Made by a program: the position numbers and the translations under genes. This document shows, one piece after another, positions 53,294-63,120 of a stretch of 64,000 nt of DNA. The notes beneath the pieces were generated by a model. That model was given only the letters and a program-made list of their open reading frames with translations, made no database searches and was not told the DNA's origin. Positions within the stretch are counted from its first letter, which is position 1, and every line of letters starts with the position of its first letter. Source of the stretch: Minisyncoccota bacterium (GTDB taxonomy: Bacteria; Patescibacteriota; Minisyncoccia; Phycocordibacterales; Phycocordibacteraceae); NCBI GenBank assembly GCA_041663025.1, contig JBAZRE010000001.1, positions 5,912 to 69,911 of the forward strand, written 5' to 3'.

Positions 53294-53923
53294 ATGAGAA
53301 AACGCGATTATAAAGAATTCGCTCCCGACACGTCCTATCACATCTATAACCGTGGAAACGGTAAAATGGACATTTTTCGTGATGAACAAGATTACTTGAA
53401 CTTTCTCAAGCGCCTTCGCCTCTTGCTCGGTAAAACAAGGGGCACCCTTGCATCGTCAATTCGAGTTACGCCATTTGAATCAGACGACTTCTCGCTTATT
53501 GCCTACTGTCTAATGCCAAATCACTTCCACTTGCAGGTAGAACAATGCGGAGAAGTGTCATTAAGTAGCCTCTTGCTTAAGGTGTGTACGAGTTATTCTA
53601 TGTATTTCAATCGTAAGTATGACCATGTCGGGCACGTGTTCCAAGATCAATTTAAAGCCATTCCGGTTGAGTCAGATAATCAAATGGCCGCATTGTCGGC
53701 ATACATACACCAAAATCCAAAAGTGGCAGGGTTAGTAGACACTCTCGACGCGTGGGTTTATAGCAGTTATCCGGATTATATTGGACTTCGGCAGGGCGAT
53801 CTTATTGATCCCGAATCAGTACTCGGTCAATTTCCAAATAAAGAAGCCTACAAAAGTTTCGTGGACGAGCAATACGAAGAAATTCTTGAACGAAAAAATA
53901 TCAGAGAACTCCTTCTTGATTAA
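53294..53923 (+). CDS. IS200/IS605-family Y1 (HUH) transposase-like protein, REP-associated (RAYT-like), second copy
   Basis: 209 aa. YHIYNRGNGKMDIF…, the HUH motif CLMPNHFHLQV, and the Tyr region YIHQNP. A family-2 REP half-site AAAACAAGGGGCACCCTTG lies in frame at 53433-53451 and encodes KTRGTLA. Confidence 0.75.
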   Translation: MRKRDYKEFAPDTSYHIYNRGNGKMDIFRDEQDYLNFLKRLRLLLGKTRGTLASSIRVTPFESDDFSLIAYCLMPNHFHLQVEQCGEVSLSSLLLKVCTSYSMYFNRKYDHVGHVFQDQFKAIPVESDNQMAALSAYIHQNPKVAGLVDTLDAWVYSSYPDYIGLRQGDLIDPESVLGQFPNKEAYKSFVDEQYEEILERKNIRELLLD

Positions 53924-53924
53924 C

Positions 53925-53969
53925 TGCAAGGGGCACCCTTGTAATTTAATTACAAGGGTGCCCCTTGCG
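53925..53969. repeat. REP-like hairpin (family 2) downstream of the RAYT gene
   Basis: CTGCAAGGGGCACCCTTG-taatttaat-TACAAGGGTGCCCCTTG. Confidence 0.8.
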
Positions 53970-53973
53970 ACTT

Positions 53974-54048
53974 GTCCGCCCCCTTGGACTCGAACCAAGA
54001 ACCGCAGAGGTATAAGCTCTGTGCTCTAACCAATTGAGCTAGGGGCGG
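53974..54048 (-). tRNA. tRNA-Ile with genomically encoded UAU anticodon
   Basis: Reverse complement CCGCCCCTAGCTCAATTGGTTAGAGCACAGAGCTTATACCTCTGCGGTTCTTGGTTCGAGTCCAAGGGGGCGGA. U8 is present, the D-arm is Ile/Met-like, the anticodon loop is CTTATAC, and the T-loop is TTCGAGT. Confidence 0.7.
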
Positions 54049-54057
54049 CTACTTAAT

Positions 54058-55989
54058 TTATACTACAACACTCTGGTCCTCTTCGCGCTTTTTGGGGGTG
54101 ATGCCGTTTGTTATGAGGAGTTTCTCAAATTCGCTACGTTCAACCGTTTCTTTTTCAATAAGCTCTTTTGCAATCGCGTCCAACGCGTCGCGATGCGTGG
54201 TGATAGCCTGCTTCGCTCGTACCTTAGCCTCTTCAACAATACGCGTCACTTCAGAATCAATCTCGGCGGCGATTCGGTCTGAGTATGGCTCGTTCCCCAG
54301 CATCCGATCGCCAAAGGCGATCGACCCAAGCTTCTCGCTCATGCCGTAACGCATCACCATGTCGCGTGCAATGGCAGTGACGACCATAAGGTCGTTGGAT
54401 GGGCCAGTCGTCACATCATTGAAAAGCATCTCCTCAGCCACATATCCGCCAAGCGTCGCTGCGATGTCATCAAGAAATTGTTTCTTTGAGAACATCTTCT
54501 TATCTTCAAACGGGAGCTTCAGTGTGTAGCCAGCCGCGCGACCGCGACTGATGATAGAGATTTTGTGCACAGGATCAGCGTGCTCCAGCACAGAAGAAAC
54601 GAGTGCGTGGCCGGCCTCATGATACGCAGTAATTTCTTTTTCTTTTTTTGAGAGCAGGTGGCTCTTGCGTTCGGGCCCCAACATCACTTTTTCTATTGAA
54701 CGAATCAGATCGTATTGAGTCACTTCAGTACGACTCTCGCGCGCAGCGAGAATCGCGCCCTCATTCATGAGCGAGTAAAGCTCGGCACCTGAGAAACCCG
54801 GTGTGCGTTCTGCTATTACCGATAGACGAACATCAGGCCCGAGTGGTTTCTTCCGCGCATGGATACCCAAAATTTCTTCGCGATCGCGGCGATCGGGCAA
54901 GTCAATGGTAACGCGCCTGTCAAAGCGGCCGGGGCGAAGTAGAGCTGAGTCGAGAACGTCTGGACGATTTGTTGCCGCCATGACCACCACTTTTTCAGTG
55001 GGTTCGAAACCGTCCATTTCAACGAGAATCTGATTGAGCGTCTGCTCGCGCTCGTCATTACCACCGCCCATTCCCGAACCACGCACACGACCGACGGCGT
55101 CAAGCTCGTCAACAAAGATGATCGCTGGTGCCGCCTTCTTCGCCATCTGGAAGAGGTCGCGCACGCGTGAGGCACCGACGCCGACAAACATCTCAACGAA
55201 CTCACTTCCCGAGATAGAGAAGAACGGTACGCCAGCTTCGCCCGCGACCGCGCGCGCTAGGAGTGTCTTCCCTGTCCCCGGTGCGCCCATAAGGATAATG
55301 CCCTTCGGGATGCGCGCGCCAATATCTAAAAACTTTTTTGGATTCTTCAAGAAATCTACAATTTCTAGAAGCTCTTCTTTTGCCTCGCGCGCACCGGCAA
55401 CATCAGCGAAGGTGACGCGTTGCGTCACATCGGCAGGATCGGTGATGCGCGCCTTTGACTGCCCGAAGCTGAATGCCTGCATCCCCGCGCCCTTTACTTG
55501 TCGCGAGAGAAACCAAAAGAGGAATATGACAAAGAGGAGAGTCAGGAGAGTTGGTGCGAGTGCGAGAAACCAGAATTGAAATCCAGACTGCCCTTGTATC
55601 GTAATCGCGACTTTCGCGAGCTCTGCAGGCGTGACGCCATAGGTCGCGAGCGTCTCTGGGAGACCTGCGACAGGATCCTTGCGCGAAGTTTTTACCGTCC
55701 CATCGACGTATGTCAGATCGAGCGAATCACCACCCACAATGATCGCACTCACCTTCCCCTCCGCAACATCAGCCGCAACAACCGAAAGTGGTACATCATT
55801 ACTTGGCTGCATGAAGCTCGCGACGAGCGAATACGCACTCATGAGAAGAAGAAATATAAGAATGGTGGTTGTGAGATTGCCAAGAAATGACGGACCGCCA
55901 AAGAACGCGCGCCAGCCGCGCTTTTTCTGCACAGTTTTTCCGTTCCCTGTGGGCTTATTTTTTGGTTTTTTTACTGGTGCAGTTGCCAT
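54058..55989 (-). CDS. ftsH: ATP-dependent zinc metalloprotease FtsH
   Basis: 643 aa. Two TM helices, Walker [12 protein letters not shown], and HEAGHAL (HExxH). Confidence 0.95.
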   Translation of the reverse strand: MATAPVKKPKNKPTGNGKTVQKKRGWRAFFGGPSFLGNLTTTILIFLLLMSAYSLVASFMQPSNDVPLSVVAADVAEGKVSAIIVGGDSLDLTYVDGTVKTSRKDPVAGLPETLATYGVTPAELAKVAITIQGQSGFQFWFLALAPTLLTLLFVIFLFWFLSRQVKGAGMQAFSFGQSKARITDPADVTQRVTFADVAGAREAKEELLEIVDFLKNPKKFLDIGARIPKGIILMGAPGTGKTLLARAVAGEAGVPFFSISGSEFVEMFVGVGASRVRDLFQMAKKAAPAIIFVDELDAVGRVRGSGMGGGNDEREQTLNQILVEMDGFEPTEKVVVMAATNRPDVLDSALLRPGRFDRRVTIDLPDRRDREEILGIHARKKPLGPDVRLSVIAERTPGFSGAELYSLMNEGAILAARESRTEVTQYDLIRSIEKVMLGPERKSHLLSKKEKEITAYHEAGHALVSSVLEHADPVHKISIISRGRAAGYTLKLPFEDKKMFSKKQFLDDIAATLGGYVAEEMLFNDVTTGPSNDLMVVTAIARDMVMRYGMSEKLGSIAFGDRMLGNEPYSDRIAAEIDSEVTRIVEEAKVRAKQAITTHRDALDAIAKELIEKETVERSEFEKLLITNGITPKKREEDQSVVV

Positions 55990-56025
55990 AAAAGATACTT
56001 CACCATAACACTAAAACACTAATTT

Positions 56026-56427
56026 GTGGAGGCGCGGGGAGTTGAACCCCGGTCCGAGAATGTTTATGAAAGCGATTCTACGACGCATAGTCAGCGTTAG
56101 ATTTAAGGCAGGATGCGAGGAACGCAGACGAAACCATTCCTGCCCGATCCCTTATTTAAATGTGCCGAGCGGGAGGTCGGACATCGATTCAACAGATAAT
56201 TCCGCCCCTGCCTCCGGCTGTAGAAACCCGAGAGGAGAGACGTCGCGCTAGGCGTGTGCCGTTAGGCTGCGTAGGCGAACGCGAAGTCAGACACACCGAA
56301 GTATGGAGACTTCACGCTTGCAAGAGTGTTCTTGGCAAGTTTGATTTCCCGCCAGTTTTAAGTGTTAGCGGGAGAGCACTGCGTCGCACGTCTTTCAAAG
56401 AACAGACCGTCAAAGCCGGTCACCCCC
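56026..56427 (-). ncRNA. ssrA: tmRNA (transfer-messenger RNA)
   Basis: The 5' end is GGGGGTGACCGGCTTTGACGG and the 3' end is …GGACCGGGGTTCAACTCCCCGCGCCTCCA, giving a tRNA-Ala-like acceptor with G3-U70 and a T-arm. An internal tag frame ends …FAFAYAA-TAA. It lies directly downstream of smpB on the same strand. Confidence 0.8.
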
Positions 56428-56486
56428 GAAAAATACAGAAAGCAGTTTGCAGAAGGCAGTAAGCAGACCTTCTGAACTTTTCGGGA

Positions 56487-56930
56487 CTACCGAGTTTTTA
56501 AGACTCGTTCTGCTTCGCGCGTCGCATCGCGCTTCTTCAAATCTTCGCGATGATCGGCTTTGTCTTTGCCGCGAACGATAGCGATGCGCGCCTTCACAAA
56601 CCTACCAGAAGTATACACTTCAAGTGGGATAATTGTCAAGCCCTTCTTGGACTCTGCATCGGCGAGCATCGCGATCTCTTTTTTATTAAGCAGAAGCCGG
56701 CGTGCTTTCTCTGCATCATAGCCCTTGAGCATATTGGCTGCCTGATAGGGCGGAATGGTCATGCCGACGATAAATGCCTCCCCTCCGCGTACCACCACAC
56801 GCGAACCATCGAGAGAACCGAGCTTCCCTCGTAGTGCCTTCACCTCTTGGCCAGACAGCTCTAATCCCGCCGCAAAACTCTCGAGCGGCGCGAAACGTAA
56901 CAGGGCTTTTTTGTACTCAACCAGAGTCAT
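56487..56930 (-). CDS. smpB: SsrA-binding protein SmpB
   Basis: 147 aa. …GLELSGQEVKALRGKL…PYQAANMLKGYDAEKARRLLLNKKEI…. Confidence 0.9.
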   Translation of the reverse strand: MTLVEYKKALLRFAPLESFAAGLELSGQEVKALRGKLGSLDGSRVVVRGGEAFIVGMTIPPYQAANMLKGYDAEKARRLLLNKKEIAMLADAESKKGLTIIPLEVYTSGRFVKARIAIVRGKDKADHREDLKKRDATREAERVLKTR

Positions 56931-57050
56931 AATTGAGAGTATACCGCACCATTGCGATTTATTGACATTCCTGTTAACCTCTTCTCCGGTAGTCAGCCCT
57001 GATAACTGGGTTGCAATTGTACATTTCGTTGATTAAAAAGGAGGTTAGAA

Positions 57051-57767
57051 ATGAGAACAGGGAAAGACAGAATCATTGTTGCGTTAGATGTAAACAGTTT
57101 AGACAAGGCGAAGCATCTTGTGGAAAAACTTGCTCCGTATGTTGGATGTTTCAAAGTTGGGCTGGAATTACTGACCTCAGCGGGAGCCCCACAGGTCGTC
57201 AAGGCCATTCATAAGCTCGGCGGTGAAGTGTTCTTTGACGGGAAGTTTAATGACATCCCGAACACGATTGGCGGTGCAACCAAAGCAGTTGCTATGCTAA
57301 ATGTGAAGATGTTTAATCTCCACGCGTCAGCTGGTATCGAAGGAATGATGGCTGCTGTCGCCAACAAAGGAAAGTCCATTGTTCTGGCCGTCACAGTGCT
57401 CACTTCGTTTGAAGAAAATAACGCGCATCTGATCTTCGGCGGACCTATCAAGGCAAAAGTTTTGCAGTTTGCGCGCAATGCGAAGCTCGCAGGATGCGAC
57501 GGCATCGTGTGCTCGCCGCAAGAACTTCTACTTCTCGGTAAACAGAAAGAACTGAGTGGTTTGTTAAAAGTCACTCCGGGAATCCGTTCTCTGACTAGTT
57601 TACCGGATGACCAGAAACGGACAATGACCGCGGACGAAGCTGTCAAAGCAGGAGCTGACTTCATCGTGGTCGGGCGTCCCATTATTGAGGCACCAGATCC
57701 TTTCGAAGCGGCAAAGAAAATGGCAGCAGAAATTGACGCAGTACTCAACGAAAAGGAGACAAAATGA
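57051..57767 (+). CDS. pyrF: orotidine 5'-phosphate decarboxylase
   Basis: 238 aa. IIVALDVNSLDKA…FKVG…DGKFNDIPNT…IVVGRPI. Confidence 0.85.
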   Translation: MRTGKDRIIVALDVNSLDKAKHLVEKLAPYVGCFKVGLELLTSAGAPQVVKAIHKLGGEVFFDGKFNDIPNTIGGATKAVAMLNVKMFNLHASAGIEGMMAAVANKGKSIVLAVTVLTSFEENNAHLIFGGPIKAKVLQFARNAKLAGCDGIVCSPQELLLLGKQKELSGLLKVTPGIRSLTSLPDDQKRTMTADEAVKAGADFIVVGRPIIEAPDPFEAAKKMAAEIDAVLNEKETK

Positions 57768-58426
57768 AATCAGCAGGAGAATTTATTCGGAGCTCGTTAG
57801 CGATTGGCGCCCTCGAGCTTGTCCCGGAGGGACGAGCACTGAAGAGCGGGCGAATCTCGCCCTACTTCTTCAACTCAGGCCTGTTCAACAGCGGCGCACG
57901 TATAAACTTGCTCGCGAAGGCTTATCTTGGGGCAATTATGGACGTGGATTGGAGTATGGGGGTAGAGGTGTTTTTTGGCCCTGCATACAAGGGTATTCCC
58001 CTTGTGGTGGCGATAGCAATGATGTCGTGGCATCAGAACAACTTTGACATCGGCTACTCCTTCAATCGCAAAGAAGCAAAAGATCATGGAGAAGGTGGCA
58101 TCATCATCGGACACCCCATGGAGGGTAGAGATGTTCTCATCATTGATGATGTTATGACCACAGGATCATCTTCAGGTGAAGCAGTTGAGCTGGTCCTCGC
58201 AAACGGTGGAACCCCCGTAGGGTGCGTGATTGGCTTCGACCGACAAGAGAGGGGTTTAAAAACTGACCTTTCTGCTGTGCAAGAATTCGAAAAGAATTAC
58301 GGTATTCCCGTATGCGCCGCCGCGACTCTCACAGACCTTATCTCGATACTCAAGGTGTCCAAAGATAAGAATAGGAGAGCAACCCTAAAAAAAATCTTGA
58401 AGTACCAAGAAACGTACGGCGTTTGA
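57764..58426 (+). CDS. pyrE: orotate phosphoribosyltransferase
   Basis: 220 aa. PRPP motif VLIIDDVMTTGSS and a flexible loop KEAKDHGEGG. Confidence 0.85.
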   Translation: MKSAGEFIRSSLAIGALELVPEGRALKSGRISPYFFNSGLFNSGARINLLAKAYLGAIMDVDWSMGVEVFFGPAYKGIPLVVAIAMMSWHQNNFDIGYSFNRKEAKDHGEGGIIIGHPMEGRDVLIIDDVMTTGSSSGEAVELVLANGGTPVGCVIGFDRQERGLKTDLSAVQEFEKNYGIPVCAAATLTDLISILKVSKDKNRRATLKKILKYQETYGV

Positions 58427-58569
58427 TTTGTATACAAGAGCCAGCAACCTATCGAGGTTGCTGGCTCTTCTTTTTGCTTTTTTGTCCTATGTCCGCTAAG
58501 GTGAGTTCAGAAAACAGTTGGGTTGGCTGGCTGTTTATTTTGTACATTCTAAACAAGAAGGAGGGCGAC

Positions 58570-59088
58570 ATGCTGAATGATCTCATCAGAATTGGGGCTG
58601 TTACAAAAGGCCATCCGATGAAATACAACAGACGCGTTGTATATCTGCACACAAGCACAATGTTTAGTTTGTGCGATGCGATTGCGAACAAGTTCAAGTA
58701 CGACGGCGTGGAGGTGGTTATTGCCGCCTCAGAAAGAAATGCGGTTATCTCGCAGTGGGTTGCCTATTTCCTCACCTTGTCCTCTGCGGGAAGAAAAGTG
58801 CCCGGAATCTACGCCGAGAGGTCAATGAGGATGGGAACTATCCTTTGGTGCATTTGGAAAGCTCTGCACGGACACGCCTCGTTTGAGTACGAAAAACTCG
58901 TCAGGGGCAAGAAGGTCCTCGTTGTAGAAGAATTTCTGCACTCCGACGGCTCTGCACAGGAGATCGTTGAGGTCGTGCGCTATCTTGGTGCACACATCAT
59001 TGGTCTCGGAGCCTTTTGTGCTGACTCCAAAGAAGTCTCAAGTCGCATCGACGTTCCCAAAATCGCGACGCTCGTCTCAGTCATCTAG
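58570..59088 (+). CDS. phosphoribosyltransferase-fold protein with degenerate PRPP motif
   Basis: SD AAGGAGGG before ATG at 58570 (MLNDLIRIG…). KKVLVVEEFLHSDGS occupies the PRPP-loop position but has EE in place of DD. Confidence 0.45.
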   Translation: MLNDLIRIGAVTKGHPMKYNRRVVYLHTSTMFSLCDAIANKFKYDGVEVVIAASERNAVISQWVAYFLTLSSAGRKVPGIYAERSMRMGTILWCIWKALHGHASFEYEKLVRGKKVLVVEEFLHSDGSAQEIVEVVRYLGAHIIGLGAFCADSKEVSSRIDVPKIATLVSVI

Positions 59089-59149
59089 CCACTTACCACA
59101 AGAGCCGTAATGCCAAACACCGAGTGTTTGACATTGTGGCTCTTCTTTT

Positions 59150-60946
59150 TTAGCGACGCGATTTGGCACGATCGTTTTGAGTCAAAGCTTGTTTACGCAG
59201 ACGCACCGACTTCGGCGTGATTTCCAAATACTCATCATCCGACATTATTTCCATAGCGCGTTCAATCGTGAGGTCGAATATTGGCACAAGCGTGAGCGCT
59301 TCATCCATGCCCGAGGAGCGGACGTTTGACTGATTCTTCCCTTTTGTCGGGTTTGCGAGCATCTCTTCGCCCTTTGAGGTATTACCGATGACCATACCCT
59401 CATACACTTCAGTCGCTGGTTTGATATAGAGCTGACCGCGGTCTTGCAGAGACCAGAGTGAGTAACCAAGCGCTTTGCCGGCTGCCATCGAGATCATCGA
59501 GCCGACGATGCGACGGCGAATCTCACCAGCATAGGGCTTAAAGCCGATCACGCGCGATGAGAGAATCCCCTCACCCTTCGTATCAATGATGAACATGTTT
59601 TTATAACCAAGCAGTCCGCGCGTCGGGCCCTCGAGTGTGAGGCGCACAATATTCCCGAGCTGCGTGAGATTCTGAAGCACGAATGCGCGCTGACCCAACT
59701 TCTCAATCACTGCGCCCTGAAATTCTGACGGGGTATCAATAATGACTTCTTCAAACGGCTCGAGCTTCACCCCATTTTCTTCACGAATGATGACGTGTGG
59801 CTGCGAGACCTGCATCTCATACCCTTCGCGACGCATGTTCTCAAGAAGTACCGCTATGTGGAGCTCTCCGCGGCCAGACACATGGAAGGAGTCGGTGCCT
59901 GAAAAATCCACTTTCAAACCAACGTTCACCTCAAGTTCTTTCTCGAGTCGATCGCGAATCTGACGACTGGTCACATACTTCCCTTCTCGCCCCGCAAACG
60001 GCGAATTATTGATAACGAAGTTGAGTGCGATAGTCGGCTCGTCAACTGCGATCGCCGGTAGCGGTGCCGCACTTTCGTTCGTCGTCACTGTTTCACCAAT
60101 ATAGATGTCAGGTAAACCGGCAATAAGAGCGATATCTCCAGCCAACGCTTCTGTTGCTTCGACACGCTCGAGACCCTTGAAGGTAAAAACCTTCGTGGTG
60201 CGGCCTGTGCGCGTCTCGCCGTCTGGCTTCTTTATAAAAACAGTCTGATTTGGGCGAACCGTTCCTTCATAGATGCGGCCGATCGCAAGACGACCCATGA
60301 AATTATCGTAGGCGAGATTGAATGGCTGGAGCATGAGGGGCGCGGCTGCATCGGCACCCGCATTTGCTGGTGGCACTTTCTCAAGAATGAGATCGAGAAG
60401 TGGTGAGAGATCCTTTTCCGCACCCATGAGGAGATCATCGGGATTCAGTGACGCACGACCATCGCGCCCAATTGCGTACACAACTGGGAAATTAGACTGC
60501 TCATCGGTCGCGCCAAGCTCAAGGAAAAGTTCAAGAACTTGTTCCTCAGAGCGTGCTGGATCGGCTGCTGGCTTGTCGATCTTATTGAGAACGACGATCG
60601 GCTTCAGGCCCAGCTCCAGTGACTTCTTCAACACAAAGCGCGTCTGCGGCATAGGACCCTCTTGAGCATCGACGACGAGAAGTACTGAATCAATAGAGCG
60701 CAACACACGCTCAACCTCACTACCGAAGTCTGCATGCCCGGGGGTATCCACGATATTGATCTTGGTACCCTTATACTCCACTGCGGCATTCTTGGCATAA
60801 ATAGTGATGCCGCGCTCACGTTCAAGCGCGTTGGTGTCCATCGTGGTGCCCTCAGCCGCGGCATGCGTCTGCTTCAAAATGGCGTCAGTCAACGCCGTCT
60901 TCCCGTGGTCGACGTGCGCGATGATAGCGATGTTACGAATTTCCAT
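59150..60946 (-). CDS. typA: translational GTPase TypA/BipA
   Basis: Start is probably [17 protein letters not shown], 11 codons inside the track ORF. G-domain motifs and the BipA-specific C-terminus are present. Confidence 0.9.
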   Translation of the reverse strand: MEIRNIAIIAHVDHGKTALTDAILKQTHAAAEGTTMDTNALERERGITIYAKNAAVEYKGTKINIVDTPGHADFGSEVERVLRSIDSVLLVVDAQEGPMPQTRFVLKKSLELGLKPIVVLNKIDKPAADPARSEEQVLELFLELGATDEQSNFPVVYAIGRDGRASLNPDDLLMGAEKDLSPLLDLILEKVPPANAGADAAAPLMLQPFNLAYDNFMGRLAIGRIYEGTVRPNQTVFIKKPDGETRTGRTTKVFTFKGLERVEATEALAGDIALIAGLPDIYIGETVTTNESAAPLPAIAVDEPTIALNFVINNSPFAGREGKYVTSRQIRDRLEKELEVNVGLKVDFSGTDSFHVSGRGELHIAVLLENMRREGYEMQVSQPHVIIREENGVKLEPFEEVIIDTPSEFQGAVIEKLGQRAFVLQNLTQLGNIVRLTLEGPTRGLLGYKNMFIIDTKGEGILSSRVIGFKPYAGEIRRRIVGSMISMAAGKALGYSLWSLQDRGQLYIKPATEVYEGMVIGNTSKGEEMLANPTKGKNQSNVRSSGMDEALTLVPIFDLTIERAMEIMSDDEYLEITPKSVRLRKQALTQNDRAKSRR

Positions 60947-60997
60947 AAAAAATAAAAGCCCTGCGGGCAATGCATTCAATATACAATAAGGAGACTT

Positions 60998-61816
60998 TTA
61001 TGCAAGCAGAGTACCGCCGTCAACGACAATTTGTGAGCCAGTCATATAGGAGGAGAGATCCGAGGCGAGGAAGAGCGCGACCTTAGCAATTTCGTCAGCA
61101 TCTGCCATGCGATGCATAGGGATCTTCGCAATGAAAGGTTCCATTATTTTCGCGAGTGCTGGATCCACCGGCTTCCCGAGCCCTGTGCCGGGCGTCGAGA
61201 CGCCGCCAGGCGCAATAGCGTTTACCCATATCTTATGTGGCGCTAGCTCAAGCGCAAGATTTTTGGTAAAGCCCCAGAGGCCGTGTTTTGAAGCATCGTA
61301 GAATGCAAGGCCGATTGAAGAAGGGTGGAGTGCATCAATCGAAGTGATATTGATGATAGAGCCACCCCTGCCCTGCTCGATCATCTGCTTCGCCGCAGCT
61401 TGCGCACAGAGGAATGCGCCTTTGAGATTTATCGCGAGAATCTTCTCAAAATCTGCGAGTGATGCGTCCATCACCGATACTTCGGGATAGATCCCTGCAT
61501 TGTTGATGAGGATATCCACGCCGCCGAGCTCACTCACAGCTTTTGTAATCATCGATTCAACTTGTGATTCATCAGAAACATCAACAGCGAATGCGGTAGA
61601 GCCATTGATTTTTGCCGCGGCCGCCTCGGCGGCCGCGGTGTCTTTATCGGCAATGAGTACTTTTGCGCCTGCCTCTGCGAGCCTGCTCGCAATCGCAAAG
61701 CCAATCCCCATTGCACCGCCCGTCACAATCGCGACCTTCTCTGAGAGATCCATACATTCTGAAATGGTTTTTTGTTCCATGATCTTAGTATACCAACGAA
61801 ATGATAGCGGCGACAC
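60998..61816 (-). CDS. short-chain dehydrogenase/reductase (SDR) family oxidoreductase
   Basis: VAIVTGGAMGIGFAIA (TGxxxGxG), NAG, and Y…K in SIGLAFYDASKHGL. The probable start is MDLSEK… at about 61753. Confidence 0.8.
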   Translation of the reverse strand: MSPLSFRWYTKIMEQKTISECMDLSEKVAIVTGGAMGIGFAIASRLAEAGAKVLIADKDTAAAEAAAAKINGSTAFAVDVSDESQVESMITKAVSELGGVDILINNAGIYPEVSVMDASLADFEKILAINLKGAFLCAQAAAKQMIEQGRGGSIINITSIDALHPSSIGLAFYDASKHGLWGFTKNLALELAPHKIWVNAIAPGGVSTPGTGLGKPVDPALAKIMEPFIAKIPMHRMADADEIAKVALFLASDLSSYMTGSQIVVDGGTLLA

Positions 61817-63062
61817 CAGAGATCGCCATCACGCCGATAGTTACCCAACCCATAGTTGAAATGAGTGGATGATTAATATGTTCACCCATAATATGTTTAT
61901 TACTCGAGAGTCGTACCACAAAAAATAAGATGAATGGCGCAATGATGCCATTTGCAACAGCGGCATAAATAAGGCCTTTGATTGGATCCAGGTGCAAGAA
62001 GTTTGCGGCAATGCCGAGGAGCATTGAAACAATAATGACACCGTAAAAAGAGTGTGCTTGCTTCAACTTCCGATACAAGCCAAATTTCCAACCGAAACTT
62101 TCACTCAGTGCATACGCCGTGGAGCCAGCAAGCACTGGTATCGAAAGGAGTCCTGTCCCTACAATGCCAAGAGCAAAGAGGAGAAAGGCGAATTCACCAA
62201 AGGGTCGGAGTGCAAGTGCCGCTTGATCGGCGGTCGCAATATTCGTGATGCCATTTACGTAGAGCGTGCCAGCGCATGCAGCGAATATGAAGAAGGTAAT
62301 GAGGTTCGAGAAGGCCATTCCACTCCACACATCTGTACGCATATTGCGCACAGATTGTGTGCTCACTTGTGCTTGCCGGGCCCGAATCGTTGTCTCGCCA
62401 TGTAGGATCTCTTCTTCAACCTCCTGTGATGTCTGCCAAAAGAAGAGGTAGGGAGAAATGGTGGTGCCGAGTATGGCGCACACGAGGAAAATCTGATCTT
62501 TAGAGAAAGTTAGAGATGGAATAAGCGTATGACTGAAGACGTCACCCCAATCTAGCCCAACTGAAAGAGCGACGACGACATACGAGAGTAGTGCGAGGGT
62601 TAGGTATTTCAGATATTTTGCATAGCGCGCATAGGTGGTGAATATCTGAAGCAGTAAGCTCATCAACGCAAAACCAACAACAAATATTTCAAGTCCGACC
62701 ATTGGGAACAAGAGCTGAGTCCCAGCCGCCATCGCGCCGAGATCTGCCGCAATGTTGAGCGTATTCGCGAAGAAGAGAAGCCCGGTTACCACGTACAGTG
62801 CGCGAGTAGAATAGTGACGGCGAATGTTCGCCGCGAGGCCGCGGCCTGACACAAGACCAATGCGCGCACACATCTCCTGAACCACGGCCATGAATGGATA
62901 TGTAAAAAGCGCCGTCCAGATGAGCTGAAGTCCGTATTTGGCACCTGCCTGTGAATACGTCGCTATGCCCGATGGGTCATCATCGGCAGCGCCAGTGGTA
63001 AGTCCAGGCCCTAGTTTTTCCCAATATTCTTCTGCTTCTTCTTCAAGCTTCTTGATTCCCAT
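61785..63062 (-). CDS. mntH: NRAMP-family divalent metal transporter
   Basis: 425 aa with about 11 TM helices. GPGLTTGAADDDPSGIATYSQAGA carries the DPGN-type motif. Confidence 0.85.
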   Translation of the reverse strand: MGIKKLEEEAEEYWEKLGPGLTTGAADDDPSGIATYSQAGAKYGLQLIWTALFTYPFMAVVQEMCARIGLVSGRGLAANIRRHYSTRALYVVTGLLFFANTLNIAADLGAMAAGTQLLFPMVGLEIFVVGFALMSLLLQIFTTYARYAKYLKYLTLALLSYVVVALSVGLDWGDVFSHTLIPSLTFSKDQIFLVCAILGTTISPYLFFWQTSQEVEEEILHGETTIRARQAQVSTQSVRNMRTDVWSGMAFSNLITFFIFAACAGTLYVNGITNIATADQAALALRPFGEFAFLLFALGIVGTGLLSIPVLAGSTAYALSESFGWKFGLYRKLKQAHSFYGVIIVSMLLGIAANFLHLDPIKGLIYAAVANGIIAPFILFFVVRLSSNKHIMGEHINHPLISTMGWVTIGVMAISGVAAIISLVY

Positions 63063-63120
63063 TACCCTTTAGTATACCCCGGGCACTAACAGTTAGTGCT
63101 GGGTATACGTGATGTGCTAC

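Noticed and set aside
56024-56462. Track ORFs 56024-56251 and 56160-56462 on the plus strand.
   Set aside because: They overlap the tmRNA gene on the opposite strand and have no SD or supporting context.
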